Shown: positions 25,701-39,090 of the stretch, piece after piece | Layout of the letters: the number at the start of each line of letters is the position of its first letter | Numbering within the stretch: position 1 is the stretch's first letter | Source of the DNA: Mobula birostris | Taxonomy: Eukaryota | Length of the DNA: 64,000 nucleotides | Assembly (NCBI RefSeq): GCF_030028105.1 | Contig: NC_092389.1 | Location: 13,937,180-14,001,179 of the forward strand | Direction of reading: 5' to 3' | Program-made: the position numbers and the translations under genes | Notes under the pieces: generated by a model | The model's input: the letters and a program-made list of their open reading frames with translations, nothing else | Told to the model about the DNA's origin: nothing | The model's database searches: none

Positions 25701-27640
25701 GGAAACAGGGAGCAAATAAGGTGCTTGAAGAGTATAAAAAGTGCAAAAAATACTTAAGAAAGAAATCAGGAGGGCTAAAAGAAGACATGAGGTTGCTTTG
25801 GCAATCAAGGTGAAGGATAATCTAAGGAGCTTCTACAGGTATATTAGGAGCAGAAGGATAGTAAGGGATAAAATTGGTCCTCTTGAAGATCAGAGTGGTC
25901 AGCTATGTATGGAACCAAAAGAAATGGGGGAGATCTTAAATGGTTTTTTTGCGTCTGTATTTACTAAGGAAACTGGCATGGAGTCTATGGAAATAAGGCA
26001 AACAAGTAGTGAGGTCATGGAATCTATACAGATTGAAGAGGAGGAGGTGCTTGCTATCTTGAGGCAAATCAGAGTAGATAAATCCCCAGGACCCAACAGG
26101 GTATTCCCTTGGACCCTGAAGGAGACTAGTATTGAAACTGCAGGGGCCCTGGTAGATATATTTAAAATGTTGGTATTTACGGGTGAGGTGCTGGAGGATT
26201 GGAGGATAGCTCATGTTGTTCCGTTGTTTAAAAAGGGCTCTAAAAGTAATCCGGGAAATTATAGTTTGACGTTGGTAGTAGGTAAATTATTGGAAGGAGT
26301 ACTAAGAGATAGGATCTACAAGTATTTGGATAGACAGGGACTTATTAGGGAGAGTCAAAATAGCTTTGTGTGTGGCAGGTCATGTTTAACAAATCTATTA
26401 GAGTTTTTTGAGGAGGTTACCAGGGAAGTGGATGAAGGGAAGGCAGTGGATGTTGTCTACGTGGACTTCAGTAAGGCCTTTGACAAGGTCCTGCATAGGA
26501 GGTTAGTTAGGAAGATTCAGTTGCTAGGTATACATGGAGAGGTAGTAAATTGGATTAGACATTGGCTCAATGGAAGAAGCCAGAAAGTGGTAGTGGAGGA
26601 TTGTTTTTCTGAGTGGAGGCCTGTGACTAGTGGTGTGCCACAGGGATCACTGCTGGGTCCATTGTTATTTGTTATCTATATCAATGATCTGGATGATAAT
26701 GTGGTAAACTGGATCAGCAAGTTTGCTGATGATACAAAGATTGGAGGTGTAGTAGACAGTGAGAAAGGTTTTCAAAGCTTGCAGAGCGATTTGGACCAGC
26801 TGGAAAAATAGGCTGAAAAATGGTACATGGAGTTTAATACAGACAAGTGTGAGGTATTGCACTTTGGAAGGACAAACCAAGGTAGAACATACAGGGTTAA
26901 TGGTAAGGCATTGAGGAGTGCAGTAGAACAGAGGGATCTGGAAATACAGATACAAAATTCCCTAAAAGTGGCGTCACAGGTAGATAGGGTCGTAAAGAGA
27001 GCTTTTGGTACATTGGCCTTTATAAATCAAAATATTGAGTATAAGAGTTGGAATGTTATGGTGAGGTTGTATAAGGCATTGGTGAGGCTGAATCTGGAGT
27101 ATTGTGTTCAGTTTTGGTCACCAAATTACAGGAAGGATATTAATAAGGTTGAAAGAGTGCAGAGAAGGTTTACAAGGATATTGCCGGGACTTGAGAAACT
27201 GAGTTACAGAGAAAGGTTGAATAGGTTAGGACTTTATTCCCTGGAGCGTAGAAGAATGAGGGGAGATTTGATAGAAGTATATAAAATTATGATGGGTATA
27301 GATAGAGTGAATGCAAGCAGGCTTTTTCCACTGAGGCAAGGGGAGAAAAAAACCAGAGGACATGGGTTAAGGGTGAGGGGGGAAAAGTTTAAAGGGAACA
27401 TTCGGGGGGGGCTTCTTCACACAGAGAGTGGTGGGAGTGTGGAATGAACTGCCAGATGAGGTGGTAAATGCAGGTTCTTTTTTAACATTTAAGAAAAACT
27501 TGGACAGGTACATGGATGAGAGGTGTATGGAGGGATATGGTCCGTGTGCAGGTCAGTGGGACGAGGCAGAAAAATGGTTCAGCACAGCCAAGAAGGGCCA
27601 AAAGGCCTGTTTCTGTGCTGTAGTGTTCTATGGTTCTATG
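22793..27640 (+). mobile_element. Near full-length CR1 LINE: ORF1 SGNH esterase, ORF2 endonuclease plus RT, disrupted
   Basis: ORF1 VVIGDSIVRG/HIGT/DRLHLN. EN motifs AISETWL, VGDF and SDH. RT motifs DFSKAFD, GVPQGS.LGPLLF and KFADD. Frameshifts, an in-frame TAG at 26809, and a (ttctatgg)n tail. Confidence 0.95.
24027..25283 (-). mobile_element. Long solo LTR (Gypsy-type) nested in the CR1 endonuclease domain
   Basis: TGTCA...TGACA termini and a 5-bp TSD tatat (24022-24026, 25284-25288). Removing it restores CR1 QYIEVPTR. TATA-like and AATAAA signals on the minus strand; internal ~36-bp tandem repeats. Confidence 0.85.
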
Positions 27641-27859
27641 ATTAGGGAGCAAGGAGTAAACTGGATGTTGAGAATGACTGAGAAACAAGGCAGGAAATGA
27701 TGTGGAAGGAGGGAATGAAGTGGAAATAAGGAATGAATTGGAATTGGGAGCAAGCAATGAGCTGTCAGAGTGGTAAAGGTAGGATTGAGAAATGTACACT
27801 GACAAAGGAATGAAAATGGGGAAATTTAAGGAGCAGGGAAGGTGAGATTTAGACTGAAA

Positions 27860-28600
27860 ATTGCCCATTCACCTCCTCCCTCACTTCCATTTAGGGCCCC
27901 TACAGTCCTTCTAGGTGAGGCACACTTTATCTGTAAATCTGTTGAGGTCATTTACTGTATCTGGTGCTCCCAATGCAGCCTCATTTACATTGGTGAGACC
28001 CGCCATAAGTTGGGAGACCACTTTATTCAAGCACCTCCGCTCCATCTGTAAAAAGAGGAATTTCCTGGTGGCCAACCATTTTAATTCTTGTTCTGATATA
28101 TCAGTCCATGACCTCTCCTTCTGCCACAATGAGATCACACTCGGGTTCCGTCTAGGTAGCCTCCAACCTGATGTCATAAACATCGATTTCTGCTTCCAGT
28201 AATTTTTTTTCTCCTCCCTGTTTTCTCTTCTTCTATTCACCACTCTGGTCTCTTACCTCTTCTCTACCTGCCTATCACCTCCCCCTGACGCTGCTCCTCC
28301 TTCCCTTCATTGCATTGTCCAGTCTCCCCTCCTTCTTCAGTCCTTTGCCTTTCCCACCTATCACTTCCCAGCTTCTTACTTCATTCCCCCTCCTCTCCCA
28401 CCCACCTGGCTTCACCTATCTTCTTCTAGCTTGAACTACTTCACCTCTCCCTCCTCCTTTTTATTCTAGTTTATTCCCCCTTCCTTTCCAGTCCTGAAGA
28501 AGGGTCTTGGCCCAAATGGTTGACTGTTTATTCATTCCCATAGATACTCTCTGACCTGCTGAGTTTCTCCAGTATTTTGTGTGTGTGTGTTGCTCAAATA
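27860..28600 (+). mobile_element. Penelope-like fragment (GIY-YIG plus pLTR)
   Basis: FICKSVEVIYCIWCSQCSLIYIGETRHKLGD; decayed hammerhead at 28489-28526. Confidence 0.8.
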
Positions 28601-29670
28601 TTGTAAAATGTGTTAGTCAGAGTCTGAGAAACATTAGGTGTTCTGGCTGCAAATACACAACAGGAAAGTTACTTAGTAAATTTTCTATTTGTGTACCTAG
28701 GTGATCTTGTGTGATTGTACAGCTTAGGTAAATACCCAAATAGAAAGAAATTTGAGGCTATGGGGAAAGAAAAATTAAATTATCTTTAGATAATTAAATT
28801 CTCTTTTGGACTCTGAGGCGATTTGATGTGGCAGAACCAAGGTGAGGTAAGGCAGTGGGCCCGTCACTGAGAGCGGGGGGAAGAAATGAAGGTTTGATTG
28901 ACTTAAATGCTAGGCCGAATTGGAGAGGTTGATACAGGCCGAATCTAAGTGGGGGAGGGGGGGTCTAGCCCCCAGAGTGCATTGAAGCAACAGAACCCGA
29001 TATTTGGACGATGATTTAAGCGCTGGGCCCAATTGGAAAGGCTGGGCCGAAATGGAACAGTCGGGTACAGGCCAAATTGAAGTGGTGGGGTCCAGGGTCC
29101 AGGCTCCAGGCTCCAGAGCCTATCGAAGCAACAAAACCTGATGTTTGGATGATTTAAGTGCCGGGCCAGATTGAAAAGGTCAGGCTGTCGGGGCCAGAGA
29201 CGAGGGACTGTGCTGAACTGAGGCTGTAGCTTTGTGTCTGCGGACAGACTCTCTTTTCTGAATGCTATTTGCTTGCTCTTGTTGTTTGCATTTCTTTTTT
29301 CTTTATACATTGGGTGTTTGTTGGTCTTTTTTTAAAAGGTTCTTTTTGGCTTTCTTGTTTTGTGGCTGCCTGTAAGGAGATGAATCTCAAGGTTGTATAA
29401 AGTATACATACTTTGATAATAAATGTACTTTGAATATGGGTGATAGTGTTCAGTGCCTGTTACCCATCCAATACTGCCCTTCCAGTGAAGGTACTGATGC
29501 TATGCTGAAGAATATTGTTGGATCCTAGTGTTTTTGTGATCCAAAGGTTCTTTGGAAGTCAAGAATGAGGCATAAAACTTGTTGGTTACGACCATTTATT
29601 AAGTGTTATAAGAATGAAGCACAAACAAAGGAATAAGGAAAAGAACAACGAAGTTGCGGTTGTCTTCATG

Positions 29671-30185
29671 GTCATAGTCATAGTCATAGTCATACTTTAT
29701 TGATCCCGGGGGAAATTGGTTTTCGTTACAGTTGCACCATAAATAATAAATAGTAATAGAACCATAAACAGTTAAATAGTAATATGTAAATTATGCCAGG
29801 AAATAAGTCCAGGACCAGCCCATTGGCTCAGGGTGTCTGCTCCTCCAAGGGAGGAGTTGTAAAGTTTGATGGCCACAGGCAGGAATGACTTCCTATGACG
29901 CTCTGTGTTGCATCTTGGAGGAATGAGTCTCTGGCTGAATGTACTCCTGTGCCCACCCAGTACATTATGTAGTGGATGGGAGACATTGTCCAAGATGGCA
30001 TGCAACTTAGACAGCATCCTCTTTTCAGACACCACCGTCAGAGAGTCCTGTTCCATCCTCACAACATCACTGGCCTTATGAATGAGTTTGTTGATTCTGT
30101 TGGTGTCTGCTACCTTCAGCCTGCTGCCCCAGCACACAACAGCAAACATGGTAGCACTGGCCACCACAGACTCGTAGAACAACTC
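29671..30185 (-). mobile_element. Rex1/Babar-like LINE 3' end
   Basis: FYESVVAS..FAVVCWG...RINKLI.KA...RCNTERHRKSFLPVAIKLYN, with a (gtcata)n tail. Confidence 0.8.
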
Positions 30186-30640
30186 GTAGGTCTTGTCCTA
30201 AAAACTACAAATAACCCGTGAAATAGCCAGATTCAGTGCCAGGACTTCTGCTGCAGAAAAACTAAGAAGCTTCTAGAAAATACAGAATCAGTTATATTAC
30301 AATTACTAGAAAAAAAAATCACTGGACAGTTATACACACGGGTGATGATATAAAATACAGTAAGCATAGAAAAAGTTAAATTATGAGAATTATTGGCACT
30401 GTAATTCAATCGATCTGGAGATCCCTGTTTTGGACCTAGTACTGGTGATTATAATAGCAGATCAAGCTGGTGTGAGAGCCATCAGAGAACTGGGTAAGTG
30501 TAGTGTTCCCGTGCATTCACTGCCCACCGTCCTTGCAAGGGTCGCAGAGTTGGACGATATCGTTATGAAAAGCCTTGGCAAGTTGCCAAGTTGTGACAAG
30601 CTAGTAGAAATTGTAGCCACTGTGGATGGAATGAATGTTT

Positions 30641-32637
30641 CTTTCTTTTTCAATCTTTTTATTAATTTCAAAATATAGAAACAAAACATAGCAATAATAC
30701 AAATAATATGAGATGTATAATTACATTTAAAAAAAGAGTAATTGCAAAACCAAATAGTGGAAATTACCAAAACTCCCATACATGTAGAACTGATCACGGA
30801 TAATATAAAGCAAAAAAAAAAGGAAAAAAAAAACCCATCCCAAAAGAAAAAAAAACTAAACTAATCTAAAAGACTTGGGCAAAACTAACAACTTAAAAAT
30901 GGAAAAGAAGAAAACCTCAGCGTCGACGCCTCCACTCCCCTCCAACAACAGTACAGAGAAATAAAACCAGTTTGGAAATGATCAAATTACATCAAATGAA
31001 AATGCTGAATAAATGGCCTCCAAATTTTTTCAAACTTAATAGAAGGGTCATAAACTGCACTTCTAATTTTCTCCAAATTCAGACACACCATAGTTTGTGA
31101 AAACCAATGAAATACTGTAGGAGGGTTGATCTCTTTCCAATTCAACAAGATGGACCTTCTAGCTATTAAAGTAAGAAATGCAATCATCCTTCGTGATGAA
31201 GAGGTTAAATTATTTGAGTCTATCATTGGTAATCCAAAGATAGCAGTAATTGGATGAGGTTGTAAGTCTAGATTTAGGACCGTTGAAATAATATCAAAAA
31301 TATCTTTCCAATATTTCTCCAACAAGGGACATGACCAAAACATGTGAGTTAAAGAAGCAATCTCAGACTGGCATCTGTCACATATTGGATTAATATAAGA
31401 GTAATAACGAGATAGTTTATCTTTGGACACATGAGCCCTGTGAACAACTTTAAACTGTATCAACCTATGCTTAGCACATACAGAGGATGAATTCACCAAC
31501 TGAAGAATTTTTTCCCATTTTTCAGTCGGTATATTAATCTCAAGTTCTCTTTCCCAGTCAGCTTTAATTTTATTAGAGGCATCAGGACATAAATTCATAA
31601 TTATATTATATACAATTGCTATTACACCTTTCTGAGAAAGATTTAAGTCTAAGATTTTTTCCAAAGTGTCCATTGGATATGGGTGTGGAAAATTAGGAGA
31701 GACAGTAATTAAAAAGTTTCTAATCTGTAAATATCTAAAAAAGTGAGATCTGGGTAAGTTATATTTATTAGAAAGTTGATCAAAAGACATAAAACAGTTA
31801 TCCAAAAATAAATCGCGAAAAGATATTATACCTTTGGTTTTCCAATCAAAGTAAGCTTGATCCATCATGGAAGGTTGAAAAAGAAAATTTGATATAATGG
31901 GACTTGCTAGAATGAATTGATTAAACCCAAAAAATCTTCGGAATTGAAACCATATACGTAAAGTATGTTTAACTATTGGGTTATTCATTTGTTTATATGA
32001 TTTAAAGGAAGTAAAGTTCCTAAAACCGAACCCAAGGAAAACCCTTGTAATGAATTAGATTCAAGATTTACCCAATGAGGGTTTAAAGATGCGTCCAAAT
32101 CTTGTAGCCAAAATTTTAAATATCGAATATTAATTGCCCAATAATAGAATCTAAAATTTGGGAGGGCAAGTCCCCCCTCCTTCTTGGATTTCTGTAAATA
32201 TCTTTTACCTAACCTAGGATTTTTATTCTGCCAAATATATGAGGAAATTTTTGAATCCACGTTATCAAAAAAAGATTTTGGGATAAAAATTGGAACCGAT
32301 TGAAATATATACAAAAATTTAGGCAAAATGATCATCTTAATAGCGTTAATCCGACCAATCAAAGACAAAGAGATTGGGGACCATTTGGTAAATAAAAGTT
32401 TAATCTGATCAATTAAAGGTAAAAAATTAGCTTTAAATAAATCTTTATATTTTTTGGTAATTGTTATCCCTAAGTATATAAATGAATCAGTAACCAATTT
32501 AAATGGTAAACGTCCATAAATAGGTACATGCTTATTTAAAGGGAATAATTCACTCTTACTAAGATTCAATTTGTAACCAGAAAAGTTACTAAATTGAGCT
32601 AACAGATCTAAGATAGCAGGAATTGACTCCTCCGGGT
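30641..32637 (-). mobile_element. 5'-truncated L1-clade LINE (RT C-terminus plus Cys/His knuckle) with a 14-bp TSD
   Basis: FSGYKLNLSKSE, SLIGRINAIKM, GGLALPNF, CDRC...SLTHMFWSC. One frameshift near 31990. TSD tggaatgaatgttt at 30627-30640 and 32638-32651. Confidence 0.92.
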
Positions 32638-33284
32638 TGGAATGAATGTTTAAGGATAAAGAAAGCACTCTTACTATCGGGACACTAGGGCCTGTCATCC
32701 ATGGAACTGAACCTGAGCAGGAAACAGTAGCTTCAGGGGAAAACATTGGAGAAGTAATAGTTGTGCTGTTAGTTGTAAAATAAACATTGGTTAAGACAAC
32801 AGTGACAAGCCTGCTCTTTGAGTGGTGCCACAGATTTTTACACCCATCTTCAAAGACAGATAGGGCCTCTGCCTAAAATTTCATTCAAAAACAGGCTCAC
32901 TAACTTAACTGCTCTTCCTCAGTATTCTACAGGAAACATTGTACTTGAATTTAGTACTGAGTTAGTGGAGAGAAAGAACTGAAACAAAGAGGGGTGGAGG
33001 TGAGGGGCTGTGCTGATCCTGAAGCCTGTGTCCTGAGTTCCTTTTACCCTGGCCACAAGCATGCAAGGAGCCGGCTGACGCTCTTTCCATCCATGCTGGG
33101 TTGAGCGTCATGCTAGGAACTTGGCCTTGAGTCCCCTTGCGATTAGACTCAGACCCTGCCCTGTCATGTTTTTTTGTTTCGTGATGTACAATACCACTCT
33201 TCTTTCAAAGAATTCACACACGTTGTCCACCATTTGGAAACGGAACAGAAGCAAGTCATTCTTGAACCAAAGAGACTGCCGATT

Positions 33285-33542
33285 GTGGCACAGCAGCGTA
33301 GCGGTTAGCTTAACACTGCTACAGTGCCACCGACCCCAGGTTCAATTCCCACCGCTGTCTGTAAGGAATTTGTACTTCCTCCCTGTGACCGCGTGGGCTT
33401 CTCCCGGGTGCTCTGGTTTCCTCCCACAATCCAAAAGCCCAATTAAAAATGAATAGATTAATTGGTCACATGGATGTAGTTGGGCAGCACGGGCCCATTA
33501 GGCTGAAAAGGTCTGTTAGCGTTCTGTATCTCCAAATAAATA
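33285..33542 (+). mobile_element. tRNA-derived SINE (related copies at about 4545-4790 and 35230-35460)
   Basis: A/B-box-like head (tggcacagcagcgtagcgg...ggttcaattccc), ctgtaaggagtttgta core and an A-rich tail. Confidence 0.7.
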
Positions 33543-36039
33543 AGAAGGGAGAAGAATTTGAATAGAATAATTATAGACAGTAAAACCTCGGAATTGGAGG
33601 TGTAATGTATCTGTTCCTCCTCCAGGAGGCAGGCAAGTTCTTCTTTTCACTGCTGACTTCACTTCAGTTGGCAATGAGCATTCTAGGGACATTCCTCAGG
33701 AAGAACTCCGATTGATAAGTGTGCTTGAGTTTTAAACCTCTTTAAAACTCTCATCCTGGTAGATGGTTTCACATGACAGGGCACAGGAATGGGAAAAGTT
33801 ATTTGTGGTTACTTGAGCTGAGACAGTCCCTGAGTTATACCGTAATATGCCCAAGTGCTGGGAAGATGGAACCCAGAACCATGCTGGAAGAAAGAGTATG
33901 GCACAGGGCTAGGCAACCAGCAATCTCAGGTCGGTGGAAGTATTGTGCCAGTGTATTAGATTGTTGCTCTGTGAATCTCCCTCACTGTTGTAAGCCCTCC
34001 GTTGGTCAGGGTCAACCATGGACATTGTGTTCGAGCTGTCTACATCAAAGTAAATACACAAGCCAGGACAATACGATATGGAGAGCAAGCTGTTGCCCAT
34101 GCAGCAAGTTCCACCTCTCCACACAGGTGATGAATCCAAAGGAACAGCAGGGACCAGTACAGTTTGGCACCAGTGGCATTGCAGGAGTTGTCAGTCAGCG
34201 TTGAATTCAGCTTATGTAGCACTGTCTGGGTACTCCTGCTCCAGATTTTTCCTCGGGGTTTACTCCTGAAGCTTTCCCCATGAGTGGGTATAGCCACAAG
34301 GCAGCGGAGGTTTGAGATCAGAGTTTCCTTCTCCCAGATGAGCTGCCAATCATGGCTGGTGAGCCCCATCAGTGGCTGATTTTAAGGCACCAGTAACCCC
34401 GGTTATGAAAGCCTTAGGAACCAACACTTGTATTAGTATATTAATGTATCTTAACTTCTTTCATAATTGTCATCACAGTCTGCATCAAGTTCCTTGCCAT
34501 AGTTATGTTGTAGTTACATTATTCTCTCAAAAACCCAGAGAACTGGGTTTCATCCTGACTTTGAATGCTGTCTATGTGGTGTTTGCATGTTCTCCCTGTG
34601 ACTGCATGGATTCCACCTGCCCCCCGCCCCCCCCCCGCCATATGTTCTGGTTTCCTGCTAAATTCCAAAGCTGTGCTGTTATTGCTCCTTAGCACAGTCT
34701 AGGGGAAAGGAATCAAAAGGGGGAGTTACGTGAATGTGAGAGAGAATAGGTTGTAGAGAAATAATATGAGAAAGGAATGGAATTGATGAGATTGCTTTGC
34801 TGGGAGCTAGTATAGACCAGAATGACCGAAAAGCCTCCATCTGCGTTGAATACAGTAAGTAAAATTTATGTTACTTCATCCCATGCACCATCCTGGTAAA
34901 GATGACATCTCGTCTACTGACGTGGAGACTGTTTTATGTGCAGTCCTCCAGGAGTGGCCCTTTTAAGATTACACAAGATCACCATTGCCTAAGACTTGCT
35001 TTGTGTGTCCAACCAAAGTACTTTTGATGTGTGAAACAAACAGAAAATGCCAGAAGTACAGAGAAGATGGGGGCAAAAATTAATTTCACGTTTCATGTCG
35101 ATGGTCTTTCATCAGAACTGGTCATAGATGCTGCTTGGCCTGATGAGTATTTTCGCCATTTGCCCTGGCTTTTCATTAAGGATCTGGACAAAGTTAGAAT
35201 TGACCTTATATCCTCATGATATTGTAGTGATTACAGTACTTTACAGTAACTGCAACCCAGGTTCAATTCTGCCACTATCTGTAAGGAGTTTATACATTCT
35301 CCCCATGCCTGCATGGGTTTTCTCCCATAATCCAAAGATGTACCGGTTGGTAGGTTAATTGGTCATTATGAGTTGTCCTATGATTAGGCTAGGATTAATT
35401 TGGGGGGTTGCTGGGTGGTGCCAGAAGGCCCTATTCTGTGCTGTATCTCAAACAAATATACTTGCCATGTTCCTATCCTGGCACTGAAATGTCATAGCTC
35501 ACCCCTCAACCGCCAAACAGGATTAATAAGGTTTCTGTGGGGGGGTAGGAAGAGTGGTTGGGGGAGGAAATATTTGCCAAGCTCCTTCCCTGGTGCTAAA
35601 AATAACATGGGTCACCCCTCAACTACCAAACAAGATTAAGAATGTTTCACTGATCGACACCCTGAGAGATGTGATGATGAATCAGTTAAGAAATACAAAC
35701 TATTTTGACTGTGGTCCCTTAAAGAATCTTCATCTGTAGCACCACAGAACTAAATCATTCAGAACAGGAAGGTCCAATTAAAGCTGAATTTTGCTGAGGC
35801 AGTGATCGGAAGCCTAAAGTTGGGTTTGGGTCAACCATAATATTCCACCAGTGATCCTGTTGTAATTTAACCCTATCTTGTAGGGACGGAAGTCATTATG
35901 AACTAGGCTAGCATTTAAAGCACATCCACTTGGGTGTCCCTGGAACAGTCAACTTTGCATTAACAACGATAGGCAGATTGAGTGAAGAAAGAAAATCTTT
36001 TATATCTTCCTCATCCTTTAAACACATCTAAAGGCACTG

Positions 36040-36325
36040 TGAGTTTCTTTGGTTAACTCCGTAAGATTGATTTGAAAACTCTGCTGTAATTAACATGGAC
36101 AATTTGTGATCAAAATTTTCTAATTATTGACTGAATATCAATTACTGTTGGCCAGATTCATTTAACTCACTATGAGAGTGATAGAATGAACCATTCTGTT
36201 CCAGGATGTGGACTTTGATTCTGCCTTCATATTTCCAGCTCAAGAGGCATGCACAGCACATGTTGTTTTTGGTTAATTAACAGTCAAGGTCTTGTGAACA
36301 CAACATTGGACTTTAAACAACAGAT
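36040..36325. promoter_or_regulatory. Candidate liver/intestine enhancer (HNF4 TGGACTTTG at 36209-36217, HNF1-like ggttaattaac, FOXA-like taaaca)
   Basis: Cluster of motif matches in non-repetitive DNA between the head-to-head small-apo and apoA-IV-like genes. Motif evidence only. Confidence 0.35.
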
Positions 36326-38574
36326 TACTCCCCCAAATGTGTGAGTGTGTGCGTGTGTAATGTGTATACGTGTGTGGGGGAGGGTCGTGGGGGTTTGTGT
36401 CTGTCAGTGACTCTGTATCTCTATCTGTACATGGTTCTGTGAGTGTGTGTATGTATGTATTCATATTTGTAAGAGTTTATTTGAACTTGTGTTTCTGTCT
36501 GAGAAGCTTTGACTCTTCTGTGTCTCTTTCCCTGGGCATTTTCTTTGTGAGAGTCACTGTCTGTATCTACATGCCTTGTAAGTGTGTTCCCACTTGTTCC
36601 CTACTCAGAATTTCTTATTTTCAGATTTAATATCACCTGTATATAGTGCTAAAAGAAAGCCAACAAATCAGAATCAGGTTTATTATCACCGGCAGGTGAT
36701 GTGGAATTTGTTAACTCAGTAGCAGCAGTTCAATGCAATACATAATCTAGCAGAGAGAGAGAAAAAAATAAATAAAATAAGAAAAATAATAAATAAATTA
36801 CAGTATATGTATATTGAGTAGATTAAAAATTGTGCAAAAAACAGAGATACTGTATATTTAAGAAAAGTGAGGTAGAGTCCAAGGGTTCAATGTCCATTTA
36901 GGAATCGGATGGCAGAGGGGAAGAAGCTGTTCCTGAATCGCTGAGTGTGTGCCTTCAGGCTTCTGTACCTCCTGCCTGATGGTACCAGTGAGAAAAGGGC
37001 TGTACTGTTTATGTTCTATGATGTAGGGTACATGACTTGCTGAACCAGTGGCTCAGGAAGATGAGCAGACTGGTTAATAAGGGCATTACCTTCAGCAGGC
37101 CACCACATAAGGAGTGCAGCATGATACATGCACAGCAATTGCTACGTACTTCTAGGGCAGCTGATTCCTCGTCTCATGTCATGGAATTTCTTGATTTCAC
37201 CCAAGTAAGTAAAAGGACTTAAGTTTAAATTAAGACAGAGTTACGCAGGTAAACCTCGGTGCTGAAGTAAAACTTAGAATACACAATCCTAAGCAGCTGG
37301 GAACGTGAATTACCACACCAGCAACGATCTGGCAATGAGTGGATGCAAAGCCGGGATATTTATGCTGCAGGTTTAAATGAACATCAGGTGTGCCGCAATC
37401 AAAGGGAATTAGGAGAATATGGGGAATTAACGGTCGGGACCGTGACAATGGTAGAATCATGTTAGGTTATGAGTCATGATCTTTTTTCTTTGGCATTCTC
37501 TCAGGTCAAGGATAAGTTGCTTTCCCTCTAATTCATTGATTTCTGGAGTGTTTAACTAGGTCCTGCAGGCTCTGAGCAGGAGGTGTCTGATGGGCCAGGC
37601 AGGTGGGTGTTACGGAAGGTGATGCCTTCCTTTTGCTTTGCTCTCTGGATTCTACATGCTCAAGTGGCTCAAGGTTCTGAGCACAGTCGCTATTTTGAGT
37701 CGTGATTAGCAGAGATTCCCATGCTGAGGGTGTTACGTTTTTGTCATGGAAACTCTGGGAAAATCCTTGAAACATTTCCTTTGTCTTCTGGTAATGTTTT
37801 ACTATAGCAGAGCTTCTGATTCAAAGGTTGGGACTTCATGGACTAATTGGATCCATAATGAGGAAAACACATTCGCAGTGAATTGCTGATATCTCAATAT
37901 CAGCCTTGGTCTAATGTGTGGAGACTGGCTCTTTTGTAGTTGATATGTAGAGGGTGGTGAATCTGTGGAATTCGTTTCCACAGGTGACTGTGGAGGCCAA
38001 GTCATTGGGTATATTTAAGGCAGAGGTTGATAGGTTCTTGATTAGCCGGGGCACGAAGGCTTACAGGGAGAAGGCAGGAGATGGGGGCTGAGAGGGAAAT
38101 GGGTCAGTCGTGTTGAAATGACAGAGCAGATATGATGGGCCGAATGGCCCAATTCAGCTCCTATATCTTATACATGATTCAGGGTGGGGGTCCAAGATGT
38201 GATACAGAGCCTCATAAGCAGATCATTGGAAAGGATCCCAGCAGTGGCTTTCCTTCTGGCAAGAGCAGGGAGAGACCTCAGTAGATATCACAGTCAGACC
38301 CATCTCCTTTCTTCAAGAAGGTCACAGGAACATCATTTGTAAGATCCTCTAACGTGCTCTTCTCTTCCTGGGTGAGAGTGTTAAGATTACAATGTGACCT
38401 AACCATGTTGTGATACTTCACCAAGTATTTTGTTTTCCTCCAAGGCTTCGTTGTTGTTTATTGGATGGGTGGCAGTCGTGGTGGATCGAGCAGTCCAGAA
38501 CACATATCAGACAGAGAATCCATTGAAGGGGCCTTTGAAGTGCCTTGTACAATAAGCACTGACTGCTTCCCAGT

Positions 38575-39090
38575 TAAAATCAGAATCAGGTTTATTATTA
38601 CTAATTGATGTTGTGAAATTTATTGTTTTGTGGCAGCATTTCAGTGCAAGACATAAAAAAAACCTAAGTTACAATAAGAAATAAAGTAAATAAATAGTGC
38701 AAAGAGTGGAATAGTGAGGTAGTGTTCATGAGTTCATGAACCCATGAGAAATCTAATGGCAGAAAGGAAGAGGCCATCCCTAAAATGTTGAGTGCGCATC
38801 TTCAGACTCCTGTACCTCCTCCTTGTTGTTACTAGTGAGAAGGGGGCATGTCCCAGATGGTGAGAGTCTTTAGTAATGGATGCTATCTTTTTGAGGTACC
38901 ACCTTTTGAAGATGTCTTTGATGGTGGGGAGGCTTGTGCCCGTGATGGAGCGGGGTGAGCCTACAACACTCTGCTGTGTCTCGGTGATGCAACTAGTCAG
39001 AATGCTCTCCATGGTTTATCTGCAGAAGTTTGCTAGAGCCTTTGGTGACATGCCAAATCTCTTCAGACTTCTAATGAAGTATAGCCAGTT
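38575..39090 (-). mobile_element. Rex1/Babar-like LINE 3' fragment (related 3' ends at about 36668-37000 and 14030-14330)
   Basis: LYFIRSLKRFGMS, ESILT.CIT, RRYRSLK; (aatcag)n tail. Confidence 0.7.
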
